Assembly: GCA_046734715.1 (NCBI GenBank)
Contig: JBKPRV010000352.1
Span: 1-35,661 of the forward strand
Origin: Actinomycetota bacterium
GTDB taxonomy: Bacteria; Actinomycetota; Acidimicrobiia; Acidimicrobiales; VFJN01
Length of the DNA stretch: 35,661 nt
Direction of reading: 5' to 3'
Position 1 is the first letter of the stretch, and each line of letters begins with the position of its first letter. The notes under the pieces are model-generated. The model worked only from the letters and a program-made list of their open reading frames with translations, was not told where the DNA came from and ran no database searches. Positions 1 through 8,102 of this stretch are shown one piece after another. The translations under genes and the position numbers were made by a program.

Positions 1-427
1 CGGGTGGGGCGGTCTCCGTCGCCGCCGCGGGCGCTACGGGCGCGGCCGCCGGCGGGACCGCCGGGCGGTCGTCCAGGGCCAGCGCCAGCCCGAGGGTCTG
101 GGGCTCGCTGGCCGCTGCTGCCGTCACCGGATCGCCGTTGAGCTCCGGGGCACCCGGGGCGCGCGGCGCCCCGCCGTCGTCGAGGCGGTCCTTGATGACC
201 TTGAGCGGCAGGTAGTGGTCCTTCTGCTGGCGCAGGATCCAGCGCAGCCGGTCGATGTCACCTTCGTAGAACTTCCGGTACCCCGACGGGGTCCGCTCTG
301 GGTCGAGCAGGCCCTGGCTTTCCAGGAACCGGATCTTGGAGATGGTGACATCGGGGAACTCGTCCTGGAGCAGCGAGAGGACCTCCCCGATCGACAGATG
401 GGATCGATCAGTTGATGCTCGGGTCAC
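1..427 (-). CDS. MerR-family transcriptional regulator (Rv1828/FtsR-like); 3' end runs off the window
   Basis: Not in the ORF track because there is no stop inside the window. Hand translation of the minus strand from GTG 427-425 (GTGA overlap with the stop of the upstream FHA gene) gives [85 protein letters not shown].... The frame stays open down to position 2. The sequence has a MerR-type HTH, and the position matches the gcvH-garA-merR synteny known from M. tuberculosis Rv1826-1828. Confidence 0.8.
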   Translation of the reverse strand, partial: MTRASTDRSHLSIGEVLSLLQDEFPDVTISKIRFLESQGLLDPERTPSGYRKFYEGDIDRLRWILRQQKDHYLPLKVIKDRLDDGGAPRAPGAPELNGDPVTAAAASEPQTLGLALALDDRPAVPPAAAPVAPAAATETAPP

Positions 428-909
428 AAGGCATCTCCCCTCCCGGTCAGGAACACGAGCTTGAACGTGCCGATCTGCAACTCGTCGCCGTCGGCCAGTG
501 GCGCCGACTCGACGCGCTCGCGGTTGAGGTACGTCCCGTTGAGCGAGCCCGCGTCGCGCACGTGGTAGCCGTTGTCGTCCCGCATGATCTCCGCATGGCG
601 GCGCGACACGGTCACGTCGTCGAGGAAGATGTCGCTCTCCGGGTGGCGGCCGGCCTGGATGACATCCTTCTCCAGGGCGAAGCGGGACCCGATGTTCGGG
701 CCGCGCTTGACCACGAGGACGCCGATCCCGGCCGGCACCTCGTCGTAGTCGACCGACACGTCCTCATAGCTCTCCCCCGGCTCGGGGAAGAACGTCACCG
801 TGGTGGGGTCCTCGCGGCGCGTGGCCAGCGGCGCGCCGCACGACGAGCAGAAGTTCGACCCCGGCGCATTGCCGTGGCCGCACTGGTTGCAGAAGACCTC
901 GTCGGCCAC
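424..909 (-). CDS. garA: FHA-domain regulator, GarA/OdhI orthologue with an N-terminal zinc ribbon
   Basis: ORF track 161 aa. The N-terminus carries CNQC-x10-CSSC. The FHA core [57 protein letters not shown] closely follows the GarA/OdhI pattern. The gene lies between gcvH and merR. Confidence 0.85.
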   Translation of the reverse strand: MADEVFCNQCGHGNAPGSNFCSSCGAPLATRREDPTTVTFFPEPGESYEDVSVDYDEVPAGIGVLVVKRGPNIGSRFALEKDVIQAGRHPESDIFLDDVTVSRRHAEIMRDDNGYHVRDAGSLNGTYLNRERVESAPLADGDELQIGTFKLVFLTGRGDAL

Positions 910-913
910 GACC

Positions 914-1294
914 TCACCCCTCGATCAGCGCACGGTAGCCCTCGGCGTCGAGCAGCTCGGTGAGCTGGACTTCGTCGATGGGCTCGATGACGAACATCCA
1001 GCCTTCGCCGTAGGGGTCGTCGTTGAGCCGCTGCGGGTTGTCGGCCAGGTCACCGTTGACCTCGGCGATGGTCCCGCTGATCGGGGCGTAGATCTCCGAC
1101 ACGGACTTCGTCGACTCGACCTCCGCGCAGCTCTCGCCCCGTTCCACCTTGGCCCCGACCTCGGGCACGTCCACATACACGACATCGCCCAGAGCATCCT
1201 GGGCGTAGTCGGTGATGCCCACCCGAACCCTTCCGTCCTCGACCCGGGCCCACTCGTGGTCGGTCGAGTACCGGAGCTCGGAGGGGATGTCCAT
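914..1294 (-). CDS. gcvH: Glycine cleavage system protein H
   Basis: ORF track 126 aa. Matches include YSTDHEWARVEDG.., GITDYAQDALGDVVYVD.P and the lipoyl-lysine motif EVESTKSVSEIYAPISG. Confidence 0.93.
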   Translation of the reverse strand: MDIPSELRYSTDHEWARVEDGRVRVGITDYAQDALGDVVYVDVPEVGAKVERGESCAEVESTKSVSEIYAPISGTIAEVNGDLADNPQRLNDDPYGEGWMFVIEPIDEVQLTELLDAEGYRALIEG

Positions 1295-1333
1295 GAGGGG
1301 GCAGGCTAGCGAATGCAGTCAAACCTCGACGAC

Positions 1334-1358
1334 GGGTTGAGACTTAATCCCTCAACCC
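1334..1358 (-). terminator. Stem-loop downstream of the nucleotidyltransferase fusion gene and upstream of gcvH
   Basis: GGGTTGAG-acttaatcc-CTCAACCC forms a perfect 8-bp stem with a 9-nt loop, 36 nt past the TAG at 1394-1396. There is no U-tract. The local sequence is visibly AT-richer than its surroundings. Confidence 0.35.
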
Positions 1359-1393
1359 CACGTAGAGACCCTGCTCTCACCCCTAATGCAGTC

Positions 1394-3880
1394 CTAACGG
1401 AGCAGCTGGCGGATCCGCCGGGCGTACTCCTGCGCCAGGCGCCGCGCTGCGGTGTCCGAGTCGCTCTCGGCCCAGATGTGGGTGATGGGCTCCTCGGGGT
1501 CGGGCAGGGCCAGCGCCCAGCCCCCGTCGTGGTGGACCTTCACCCCGTCGATCAGGTCCACTTCGCGGTCCTTGGACAGCTCGACCAGGGTGCGCATCAC
1601 CATGCCCTTCTGCTCCCAGGGCGTCATCACCGTCTCGTGGACGATGTGCACCGCGGGCAGCCCGCCCACCACCTTGGACAGCGGCACGCCCTCCAGCGCC
1701 AGCAGCTCGAGCAGCTTGACCATGGCTGCGGCCGCGTCGAACGCGGGCAGGAAGTCAGGGAGGATGAACCCGCCGTCGGTGCTGGCCGCGAACCCCACCT
1801 CGCGGCTCGACGCCGCCTCCATCAGCGCGGGCGAGGACAGCTTGGTGCGGACGACCTCCACGCCCCGCTCCGCCGCCAACCGGTCGGCGTGGCTGGTGGC
1901 CGACAGCGGGAGGGCGATCTGGCGGTCCCCCAGGTGCCCCGCCACGAGCCAGGTGTAGGCGAGCAGCGCCTCGTCGTCGGACAGGACATGGCCTGCGTCG
2001 TCCACCAGCGCCAGGTGCTCGCCGTCCGGGTCGATCACCGCGGCGAGCGAAGCGCCCGAGGCCCGCACCAGCCCGGCCACGCTGGCCGCGTGATCGTCGC
2101 GGTCCCAGGACATGATCCCCGCGGTGGAGGCGAACGGGTTCACCGCCAGCACGTCCGCCCCGAGCTTGGACAGGATGTTGGGCATCACGAACGACGCCGC
2201 ACCGTAGGAGTAGTCGACCACCACCTTGAACCCGGCAGCGGCGATGCGGGACACGTCCATCACCGATTCCAGCGCGCCCGAGTACTGCTCGAGATGGCGG
2301 GGCGGGAAGCCGATGTCGCCGATCTCACCCGGGAACACCCGGCGGAAGTCCTCCCGCAGGAACAGCCGCTCGATCTTGCGCTGGGCCGACTCGGAGATGT
2401 CGGCACCGTTGGTGTCGAAGAAGCGGATCACCACCGACTGGGGGTCGTGCTCCTCCAGGCGGATGGTGATGCCCGCGTCCGCCTCGGGCCGGGACACCGC
2501 GAAGCGCGTGACCGGCACGGAGGCCACCTCCAGGTCGCGGACGTTGCCGCCCGCGGCGTTGATCCCCGCCATCATCGCCCGCTTGAGCATGCGCGCCGAC
2601 CGGCTGGAGTCACGGGAGGTGATGACCGTGGCGTCCTTCTTGAGCGTGGTGGCGAAGGCCATGGCCACCCGGGTCGCCATCTCGGGCGTCACGTCCACGT
2701 TGGCCAGCCCCGCCACGCCCACCCGGCCGAACAGGCTGCGCGAGCCGCGCGACTCCCACACGATCGAGCTGTTGATGACCGCCCCGCCCTCGACCGTCTT
2801 GAACGGGTAGACCTTGACGCCCGCGCTGAGCACGGCCTGCTCGCCGACGAAGCACTCGTCGCCCAGCACCACGCCCTCCTCGGCCCGCACCCCGTTGCGC
2901 AGGTCGCAGGAGCGGCCCACCGTGGTGCCGCGCAGGCGCACGCCCTCGCCGATGTAGGTGTTGTCGTGGACGACCGCCCGCTGCAGGTCGGCCCCGGCCC
3001 GGACCCGCACGTTGGTGCCCAGCACCGTGTACTCGCCCAGCCGGGCGTTGCCCTCGACCCGGCAGTAGTCGCCGATGATGACCGGGCCCTCGATGCGGGC
3101 GTCGGGGTGGATGTCCGCCCCCTCCCCGAGGTACACGCCGTCGCTGATCTCGAAGCCGGGGATCTCGACCTCGACCCGGCCGTCGAGCACGTCCTTGTGG
3201 GCGCGGACGTAGGCCTCCAGCGTGCCGACGTCCTCCCAGTAGCCCTCCACCACGGCCCCGTAGAGCGGGCGGCCGTCCTCCAGCAGGCGGGGGAACACCT
3301 CGGAGCTGAAGTCGACGGACCGGCCCGGATCGATGTAGTCGAAGATCTCGGGCTCCAGCACGAAGATGCCGGTGTTGATGGTGTCGCTGAACACCTGGCC
3401 CCAGGTGGGCTTCTCCAGGAAGCGCTCGATGCTGCCGTCGTCGCGGGTGATGACGATGCCGAACTCGAGCGGGTTCTCCACCGGGGTCAGCCCGATGGTG
3501 GCGAGCGCGCCCCGCTCCTCGTGGAACCGGGCGATGGCCGCCAGGTTGATGTCGGTCAGCACGTCGCCCGAGATGACCAGGAAGCGCTCCTCCAGCTCGT
3601 CCCGGGCGTTGAGCACGGAGCCGGCGGTGCCCAGCGGGGTCTCCTCGGTGGCGTACACCATGCGCACGCCCAGCTCGGACCCGTCGCCGAAGTAGTTGCG
3701 GATGTGGTTGGCCATGAAGGCCACCGTCACCACGATGTCGTCGAAGCCGTGCTCGCGCAGCAGGGCCACGATGTGCTCCATCATCGGGGCGTTGGCGATG
3801 GGCATCATCGGCTTGGGGGCATTCGACGTGAGGGGGCGCAGCCGGGTTCCCTCGCCCCCTGCCATGATGACGGCCTTCAT
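1394..3880 (-). CDS. Sugar-1-phosphate nucleotidyltransferase (ManC/GlmU-like NTP-transferase + hexapeptide LbH) fused to a phosphohexomutase (PGM/PMM)-like C-terminal module
   Basis: The ORF track entry 1394..4129 was trimmed to ATG 3880 (MKAVIMAGGEGTRLRPLTSNAPKPMMP, the classic G-x-G-T-R-L nucleotidyltransferase N-terminus). The middle region has hexapeptide repeats (IGDYCRVEGNARLGEYTVLGTNVRV..). The C-terminal ~450 aa has the PGM/PMM domain layout (KVVVDYSYGAAS, AVIDPDGEHLALVDD, GFAASTDGGFI, LPDPEEPITHIWAES). Confidence 0.85.
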   Translation of the reverse strand: MKAVIMAGGEGTRLRPLTSNAPKPMMPIANAPMMEHIVALLREHGFDDIVVTVAFMANHIRNYFGDGSELGVRMVYATEETPLGTAGSVLNARDELEERFLVISGDVLTDINLAAIARFHEERGALATIGLTPVENPLEFGIVITRDDGSIERFLEKPTWGQVFSDTINTGIFVLEPEIFDYIDPGRSVDFSSEVFPRLLEDGRPLYGAVVEGYWEDVGTLEAYVRAHKDVLDGRVEVEIPGFEISDGVYLGEGADIHPDARIEGPVIIGDYCRVEGNARLGEYTVLGTNVRVRAGADLQRAVVHDNTYIGEGVRLRGTTVGRSCDLRNGVRAEEGVVLGDECFVGEQAVLSAGVKVYPFKTVEGGAVINSSIVWESRGSRSLFGRVGVAGLANVDVTPEMATRVAMAFATTLKKDATVITSRDSSRSARMLKRAMMAGINAAGGNVRDLEVASVPVTRFAVSRPEADAGITIRLEEHDPQSVVIRFFDTNGADISESAQRKIERLFLREDFRRVFPGEIGDIGFPPRHLEQYSGALESVMDVSRIAAAGFKVVVDYSYGAASFVMPNILSKLGADVLAVNPFASTAGIMSWDRDDHAASVAGLVRASGASLAAVIDPDGEHLALVDDAGHVLSDDEALLAYTWLVAGHLGDRQIALPLSATSHADRLAAERGVEVVRTKLSSPALMEAASSREVGFAASTDGGFILPDFLPAFDAAAAMVKLLELLALEGVPLSKVVGGLPAVHIVHETVMTPWEQKGMVMRTLVELSKDREVDLIDGVKVHHDGGWALALPDPEEPITHIWAESDSDTAARRLAQEYARRIRQLLR

Positions 3881-3930
3881 GATCCCGACGGTACCGCCCG
3901 GCTCCTCCCGGCCCCACGGTCGGGCGTGAA

Positions 3931-4440
3931 TTGAGCGCGAAGCGCAGCCTTCGGGCCGTCGGTCGAGGCGTACCCTGCGGTCCTGTGGGGACGGACAATT
4001 CGACGGGGCGGGCGCGGGAGATCGAACGCCGGCGGCGGCAGCTGGAGTCGCACCGGTGGCTGGCACTGGTGCTCGCCCTCGCGGGCGCCCTGATCGTCGT
4101 GGCCTCGGTGGTCTCGCCTTTCGCGTCATGGGACCGGGACGACGATGCCGCGGAGGTCAGCCCGCCGGGAGCTCTTCCCGACGAGGTCACCACCTACGAC
4201 ATCGGTGGCGGGCCGAGCCCCGAGTTCGTCAGCATCCGGGGCGAGGTGTTCGCAGTCCCGCGCGACACGAGCGATCCGTGGTGGGTGAACGCCCTCAACC
4301 CGGGCTCGACCCTGGGCGCCGCGCTCGTCGCCGCAGGCGCGGTCTGGTACCAGACGAACAAGGGTCGCACCGGCCTGGAGCGCCGGCTCACCGAGCTCGA
4401 GGACCAGGTCCGGGCTGCCGGTGGCGGAGGCTCAGCGTGA
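3931..4440 (+). CDS. Hypothetical membrane protein
   Basis: ORF track 169 aa, with high third-position GC. It has a TM helix (WLALVLALAGALIVVASVV), a second hydrophobic segment (LGAALVAAGAVWY) and a C-terminal LERRLTELEDQV helix. The start is uncertain: TTG 3931 or GTG 3985. The 3' end overlaps the convergent pgsA-like gene by 9 nt. Confidence 0.55.
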   Translation: MSAKRSLRAVGRGVPCGPVGTDNSTGRAREIERRRRQLESHRWLALVLALAGALIVVASVVSPFASWDRDDDAAEVSPPGALPDEVTTYDIGGGPSPEFVSIRGEVFAVPRDTSDPWWVNALNPGSTLGAALVAAGAVWYQTNKGRTGLERRLTELEDQVRAAGGGGSA

Positions 4441-5022
4441 GGCGCGGCCCTCGGCCAGGGCTCGGCGGGCCAGGGGCACGTAGAGAGCCGCCGAGTACAG
4501 GCTGAGGATCAGGCCGGGGATGCCGGTGGCCCAGGCGGCGAACCCGGCGAAGTCGGCCCACCAGATGTCGGAGTGGCTGCCCAGGAACAGCGGGAACGCC
4601 ATCATCAGGAGGAACGTGCCCGCCTTGCCGTACCAGGTCACGTCGATGCGGCGGGCGCCCAGTGCGGCCAGGATCAGCGTGGTCCCGCCCACCACCAGCT
4701 CGCGCACCAGCACGGTCACCGCGAACCACACCGGGACCGAGCCGTCGACGAGGATGCCGCCCGCGCCCACCAGGAACAGCAGGCGGTCGGCCACCGGGTC
4801 GAGGATCTTGCCCACGTCCGACACCTGGTGCATGTGGCGGGCGAGGTAGCCGTCCACCCAGTCGGTGGCGCCGAGCGCCGCCAGCAGCCAGGCCGCCGCC
4901 GCCCGGTCCTCCACCCCGAACAGCAGCCACAGGAACACGGGCAGGCACGCCAGCCGCACCAGGGTCACGATGTTGGGCAGCGTGAGGATGCGACTCTCGG
5001 GAGCGGCGACAGGAACATCCAT
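4432..5022 (-). CDS. pgsA: CDP-alcohol phosphatidyltransferase (PgsA / actinobacterial cardiolipin-synthase type)
   Basis: ORF track 196 aa. It carries the D-x2-DG-x2-AR..G-x3-D-x3-D signature as TDWVDGYLAR....GKILDPVADR, and is multi-TM. Confidence 0.85.
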   Translation of the reverse strand: MDVPVAAPESRILTLPNIVTLVRLACLPVFLWLLFGVEDRAAAAWLLAALGATDWVDGYLARHMHQVSDVGKILDPVADRLLFLVGAGGILVDGSVPVWFAVTVLVRELVVGGTTLILAALGARRIDVTWYGKAGTFLLMMAFPLFLGSHSDIWWADFAGFAAWATGIPGLILSLYSAALYVPLARRALAEGRASR

Positions 5023-5064
5023 GCTGGCGGTGCAGGCTACGCCCCCTCATTACTGTGACGCCCG

Positions 5065-5493
5065 ATGGCGACCCTGTTCACCAAGATCATCGAGGGCGAG
5101 ATCCCCGGCCGCTTCGTGTGGCGCGACGACCGCGCGGTGGCGTTCCTGACCATCGCCCCCATCACCCACGGCCACACGCTCGTGGTCCCGATCGAGGAGG
5201 TCGACCACTGGCTCGACCTCTCCCCCGACCTCGCCGCCCACCTCACCGAGGTGGCCCGCCAGGTGGGCCGGGCCCAGATGCAGGCGTTCTCCGCCCGCCG
5301 CGTCGGCCTGATCGTGGCCGGCCTCGAGGTGCCGCACTGCCACCTCCACGTCCTGCCCATCGCAGCCGAGGCCGACCTGTCCTTCGCCCGGGCCGACCAC
5401 GACCCCGACCCCGCCCGCCTCGACGCCGCGGCCGAATCCCTGCGAACTGCGCTGCGGGACATCGGCCATGCGGCCGAGGTGGACGCCGCCTAG
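5065..5493 (+). CDS. HIT-family (histidine triad) nucleotide hydrolase/transferase
   Basis: ORF track 142 aa. Matches include FTKIIEGEIPGRFVW.., HTLVVP and the histidine triad VPHCHLHVLPI. Confidence 0.9.
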   Translation: MATLFTKIIEGEIPGRFVWRDDRAVAFLTIAPITHGHTLVVPIEEVDHWLDLSPDLAAHLTEVARQVGRAQMQAFSARRVGLIVAGLEVPHCHLHVLPIAAEADLSFARADHDPDPARLDAAAESLRTALRDIGHAAEVDAA

Positions 5494-6203
5494 GAGACCA
5501 GCTCCTCCGCGGTGGCCTCGTCGATGAGGCGGGCGCCCTTGTTGCGGACGTTGTTCACCTCGGTGGTCACCGGCCGCAGCTGGGTGATGTTGGCGGGCGC
5601 GGGGATCAGCAGCTTGCCCAGCGTCTCCAGGTCGTCGTTCTCGGGGTCGAGCCAGGCGTCCCAGGCCGACGGGGGCAGGATCACCGGCATCCGGTCGTGG
5701 ATCTGGGCCATCGTGTCGTTGGGCGTGGTGGTGATGATGGTGCAGGAGCGCAGCGGGTCCTCGGTGCGGTTGCCCTCGGCGTCCTTGGGCCCGCGCCACA
5801 CCTCCCACAGCCCGGCGAAGGCGTAGCGCTCGCCGTCGGGGCGGCTGATGAAGTACGGCTGCTTGCGCTTGGTGTCCGGCAGCTTCTTCCACTCGAAGAA
5901 GCCGTCGGCCGGGATCAGGCAGCGGCGGCGCTTGAGCGCGGGCTTGTAGGCGTTCTTGGTGGCCAGCGTCTCGGCCCGCGCGTTGATCATGCGGGAGCCG
6001 ACCTTGGGGTCCTTGGCCCAACCGGGCACCAGGCCCCAGTGCAGGGCCTCGACCCGGCGCACCCCGCCGTCGGCCGTGACGGCGTAGACGTCGTTGGTGG
6101 GCGCCACGTTGTAGGACGGCTCCAGCAGTGCCTCCGGGGCCGAGGCGTCGAAGTACCGGGCGATCTCATCGGGCGGCGAGGCGGACACGAAGCGGCCACA
6201 CAT
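5490..6203 (-). CDS. SOS-response-associated peptidase (SRAP/YedK/HMCES family, abasic-site DNA-protein crosslink sensor)
   Basis: The ORF track entry 5490..6494 was trimmed to ATG 6203, giving MCGRFVSASPPDEIARYF with the family's catalytic Cys2. Downstream motifs: YNVAPT, HWGLVPGWAKD, INARAETL, ADGFFEWKK, MPVILP. Confidence 0.88.
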   Translation of the reverse strand: MCGRFVSASPPDEIARYFDASAPEALLEPSYNVAPTNDVYAVTADGGVRRVEALHWGLVPGWAKDPKVGSRMINARAETLATKNAYKPALKRRRCLIPADGFFEWKKLPDTKRKQPYFISRPDGERYAFAGLWEVWRGPKDAEGNRTEDPLRSCTIITTTPNDTMAQIHDRMPVILPPSAWDAWLDPENDDLETLGKLLIPAPANITQLRPVTTEVNNVRNKGARLIDEATAEELVS

Positions 6204-6390
6204 GGTCTCGACCGTACCGTCCGCCGTGCGGCCTGCGTGTTCCCCGTGGTCTTCGTCGGGTACATCCGGGCCGTCGGCGCCGATCGTCCCCGGGAGGCAC
6301 TCATGGACTCGACCGCCTTGCTCACCGCCGACCACGGAGGCCCAGGCCCGGCGGCTGGAGGCCCGCAAGGCCCGGCTCGGGGCGCCGACG

Positions 6391-6510
6391 ATGGCGGACG
6401 AGGAGCACCTGTCGGTCGACGACCTGCGTGGCCTCGCCCAGGACCAGGAGATCCCCGGCCGCTCGTCGATGGACCGCGAGGAGCTGCTCGCCACCGTCGC
6501 GCCCGGCTGA
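6391..6510 (+). CDS. Small protein with a Rho_N/SAP-like helix-extended-helix motif (start uncertain)
   Basis: The C-terminal part of ORF 6202..6510 reads MADEEHLSVDDLRGLAQDQEIPGRSSMDREELLATVAPG. This resembles the Rho termination factor N-terminal (LxxLRxLAxxxxIxGxSxMxKxELI) motif. High GC3 extends about 60 nt upstream of ATG 6391 without an obvious start codon, so the true start is unclear. Confidence 0.35.
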   Translation: MADEEHLSVDDLRGLAQDQEIPGRSSMDREELLATVAPG

Positions 6511-6538
6511 GCCGTACGGCGGCCGCGATACTGGCGCG

Positions 6539-7072
6539 GTGGCTGAATCGGTCAGGCTGCGCCCCGTCAATGCATCCGACCTGGAGCAGGTCGTGCGGCT
6601 GATATGGGATCCGACGGCGCCGGGCGAGTTCCAGTGGTTCGGCTTCCGCATGGACAAGGCGCGGGAGATCGAGCGCCGCTGGCACGACGACGGGCTGATC
6701 GGCGACGAGCTGTCCTTCCTGGCGGTCGCGGCGGGCGAGGCGGGCGAGGCGGGCGATGAAGCCTGCGCGGGCTGGGTCAGCTGGCGCCAGGTCCGCCCGA
6801 CGACGCTCGAGATCGGCATCGCGCTGTTCCCCGAGTACCGGGGCCGTGGGATCGGCACCGAGGCCCAGCGGCAGCTGGTGGACTACCTCTTCGCCACCAC
6901 GCCGGTCCACCGGGTCCAGGCCGGCACCGAGACCGGCAACGTCGCCGAACAGCGGGCGCTGGAGCGGGTCGGGTTCCGCCGCGAGGGCGTGCTACGCGGC
7001 GTCGGCATCCGCGCCGGCGAGTGGCGCGACGGTGTCATGTACGGCCTGGTGCGGGACGACTGGAAGAGCTAG
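6539..7072 (+). CDS. GNAT-family N-acetyltransferase (RimJ/RimL-like)
   Basis: The ORF track entry 6128..7072 was trimmed to GTG 6539 ([18 protein letters not shown]). The acetyl-CoA motif is [22 protein letters not shown], followed by [19 protein letters not shown]. Confidence 0.85.
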   Translation: MAESVRLRPVNASDLEQVVRLIWDPTAPGEFQWFGFRMDKAREIERRWHDDGLIGDELSFLAVAAGEAGEAGDEACAGWVSWRQVRPTTLEIGIALFPEYRGRGIGTEAQRQLVDYLFATTPVHRVQAGTETGNVAEQRALERVGFRREGVLRGVGIRAGEWRDGVMYGLVRDDWKS

Positions 7073-7959
7073 ATCCGCTCGAGGTCGCCGCCGTCGAACA
7101 GCGGGGCCATCTCCAGGCGCTCGACGTCGGCCGCCATCTCGGTGTCACTCGGCGGCGGGGCACCGGCGCCTGCGGCCTCGGCCGCGTCGAGCACCGCGCC
7201 CACCAGGGTGCCGTCGCGGGTGGTGTTGTCGAACACGGGAGCCTGCGCCAGCACCCAGCGCACGGCGCGGGCGAGCGCCTCGGGGTCGCCGATGGGCTGG
7301 TACCAGCTGAACCGGCGGCCCTCGTGATCGGCGGGCCAGCGCCGGCGGGCGACGGACTTGATGGTCTGCACCGCGACACCCCGCTCGGCGCACAGAGCCA
7401 GCAGCTGCTCGACGTCGGCCCGGTACGCCTCGTCCTGCAGGCCGGCGTAGCTGTACGGCAACAGCACCGAGTCGAACGGATGGCGCTCCAGGCTGCGCAG
7501 GTGCATGTGGGCGATGCGGGTGCCGTGACCGGTGACGCCGACGAAGCGGCACAGCCCCTCGTCCCGGGCCCGCTCCAGCGCCTCCACCGCGCCCCCTGGG
7601 CCGTGCGCGATGTCCCACTCGTCGGGCTCGACCAGGTTGTGCAGCTGGATGAGGTCGACGTGGTCGACCCGGAGCCTCTCGAGCGACCGCTCCAGCCCGG
7701 CGCGCGCCCCGTCGCCGGTACGCTCGCCGGTCTTGGTGGCCAGGAAGAAGTCGTCCCGGTGCTCGGCCATCCACGGCCCGATCCGCAGCTCCGAGTCCCC
7801 GTAGCCGGCGGCCGTGTCGATGTGGTTGACACCGTGCTCGAGCAGCAGCCGGAGCAGCCCGTCGGCCCGCTCCTGGCTCATCGAGGCCAGGGCCGCCGCC
7901 CCGAAGATGATGCGGCTGCTCTCGTGACCGGTACGTCCGAATGGCGCGACAGGGATCAT
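7069..7959 (-). CDS. Aldo/keto reductase family oxidoreductase
   Basis: ORF track 296 aa. Matches include [31 protein letters not shown] and [19 protein letters not shown] sits 8 nt upstream of the ATG. Confidence 0.88.
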   Translation of the reverse strand: MIPVAPFGRTGHESSRIIFGAAALASMSQERADGLLRLLLEHGVNHIDTAAGYGDSELRIGPWMAEHRDDFFLATKTGERTGDGARAGLERSLERLRVDHVDLIQLHNLVEPDEWDIAHGPGGAVEALERARDEGLCRFVGVTGHGTRIAHMHLRSLERHPFDSVLLPYSYAGLQDEAYRADVEQLLALCAERGVAVQTIKSVARRRWPADHEGRRFSWYQPIGDPEALARAVRWVLAQAPVFDNTTRDGTLVGAVLDAAEAAGAGAPPPSDTEMAADVERLEMAPLFDGGDLERI

Positions 7960-8079
7960 CGAGCGGCTCCTGACGTTTGTGTGCGGGCGCCCGGCTCAGG
8001 CTACGCCTGACAGCAGTCCCCGGGCCCGGCGACTCGCTCCGAAACGAGATCGCTACAGCTTTGACCTGGACTTTTGACA

Positions 8080-8101
8080 GTAGCGAACATACGTTCGCTA
8101 C
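8080..8101. promoter_or_regulatory. LexA (SOS/Cheo) box, a perfect palindrome lying between promoter-like hexamers
   Basis: GTAGCGAAC-ATAC-GTTCGCTAC. The core CGAAC-N4-GTTCG (8084-8097) equals the Gram-positive/actinobacterial LexA operator consensus. It is flanked by TTGACA (8074-8079) and TACTAT (8099-8104) on the plus strand. Confidence 0.7.
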
Positions 8102-8102
8102 T

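Noticed and set aside
1295-1393. Glycine riboswitch upstream of gcvH
   Set aside because: The region is only 99 nt long. I could not find the conserved GGAGAG ... CACCG/ACCGAAGG aptamer cores on the gcvH strand. The visible structure is a single simple hairpin.
1313-3934. 873-aa plus-strand ORF, one of the longest in the track
   Set aside because: It is antisense to the nucleotidyltransferase fusion gene. Its translation is a low-complexity Arg/Gly/Pro/His/Val-rich string with no motifs. This is a typical shadow ORF of high-GC DNA, where stop codons are rare in the antisense frames.
3881-4129. N-terminal extensions offered by the ORF track. Besides this one, they include 6204..6494, 9711..10130, 21672..22979, 22391..22537, 27347..27490, 28480..28989, 29151..29666, 29936..30988 and 31895..32311.
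   Set aside because: In each case the family-typical N-terminus begins at an internal ATG/GTG. That internal start coincides with a stop/start overlap or an RBS-like purine run. The extension is low-complexity, or it overlaps a neighbouring gene or divergent promoter.
6204-6390. A second LexA box upstream of the SOS-response-associated peptidase gene
   Set aside because: No GAAC-N4-GTTC-like palindrome is present in this region. The family name alone does not justify calling it SOS-regulated here.
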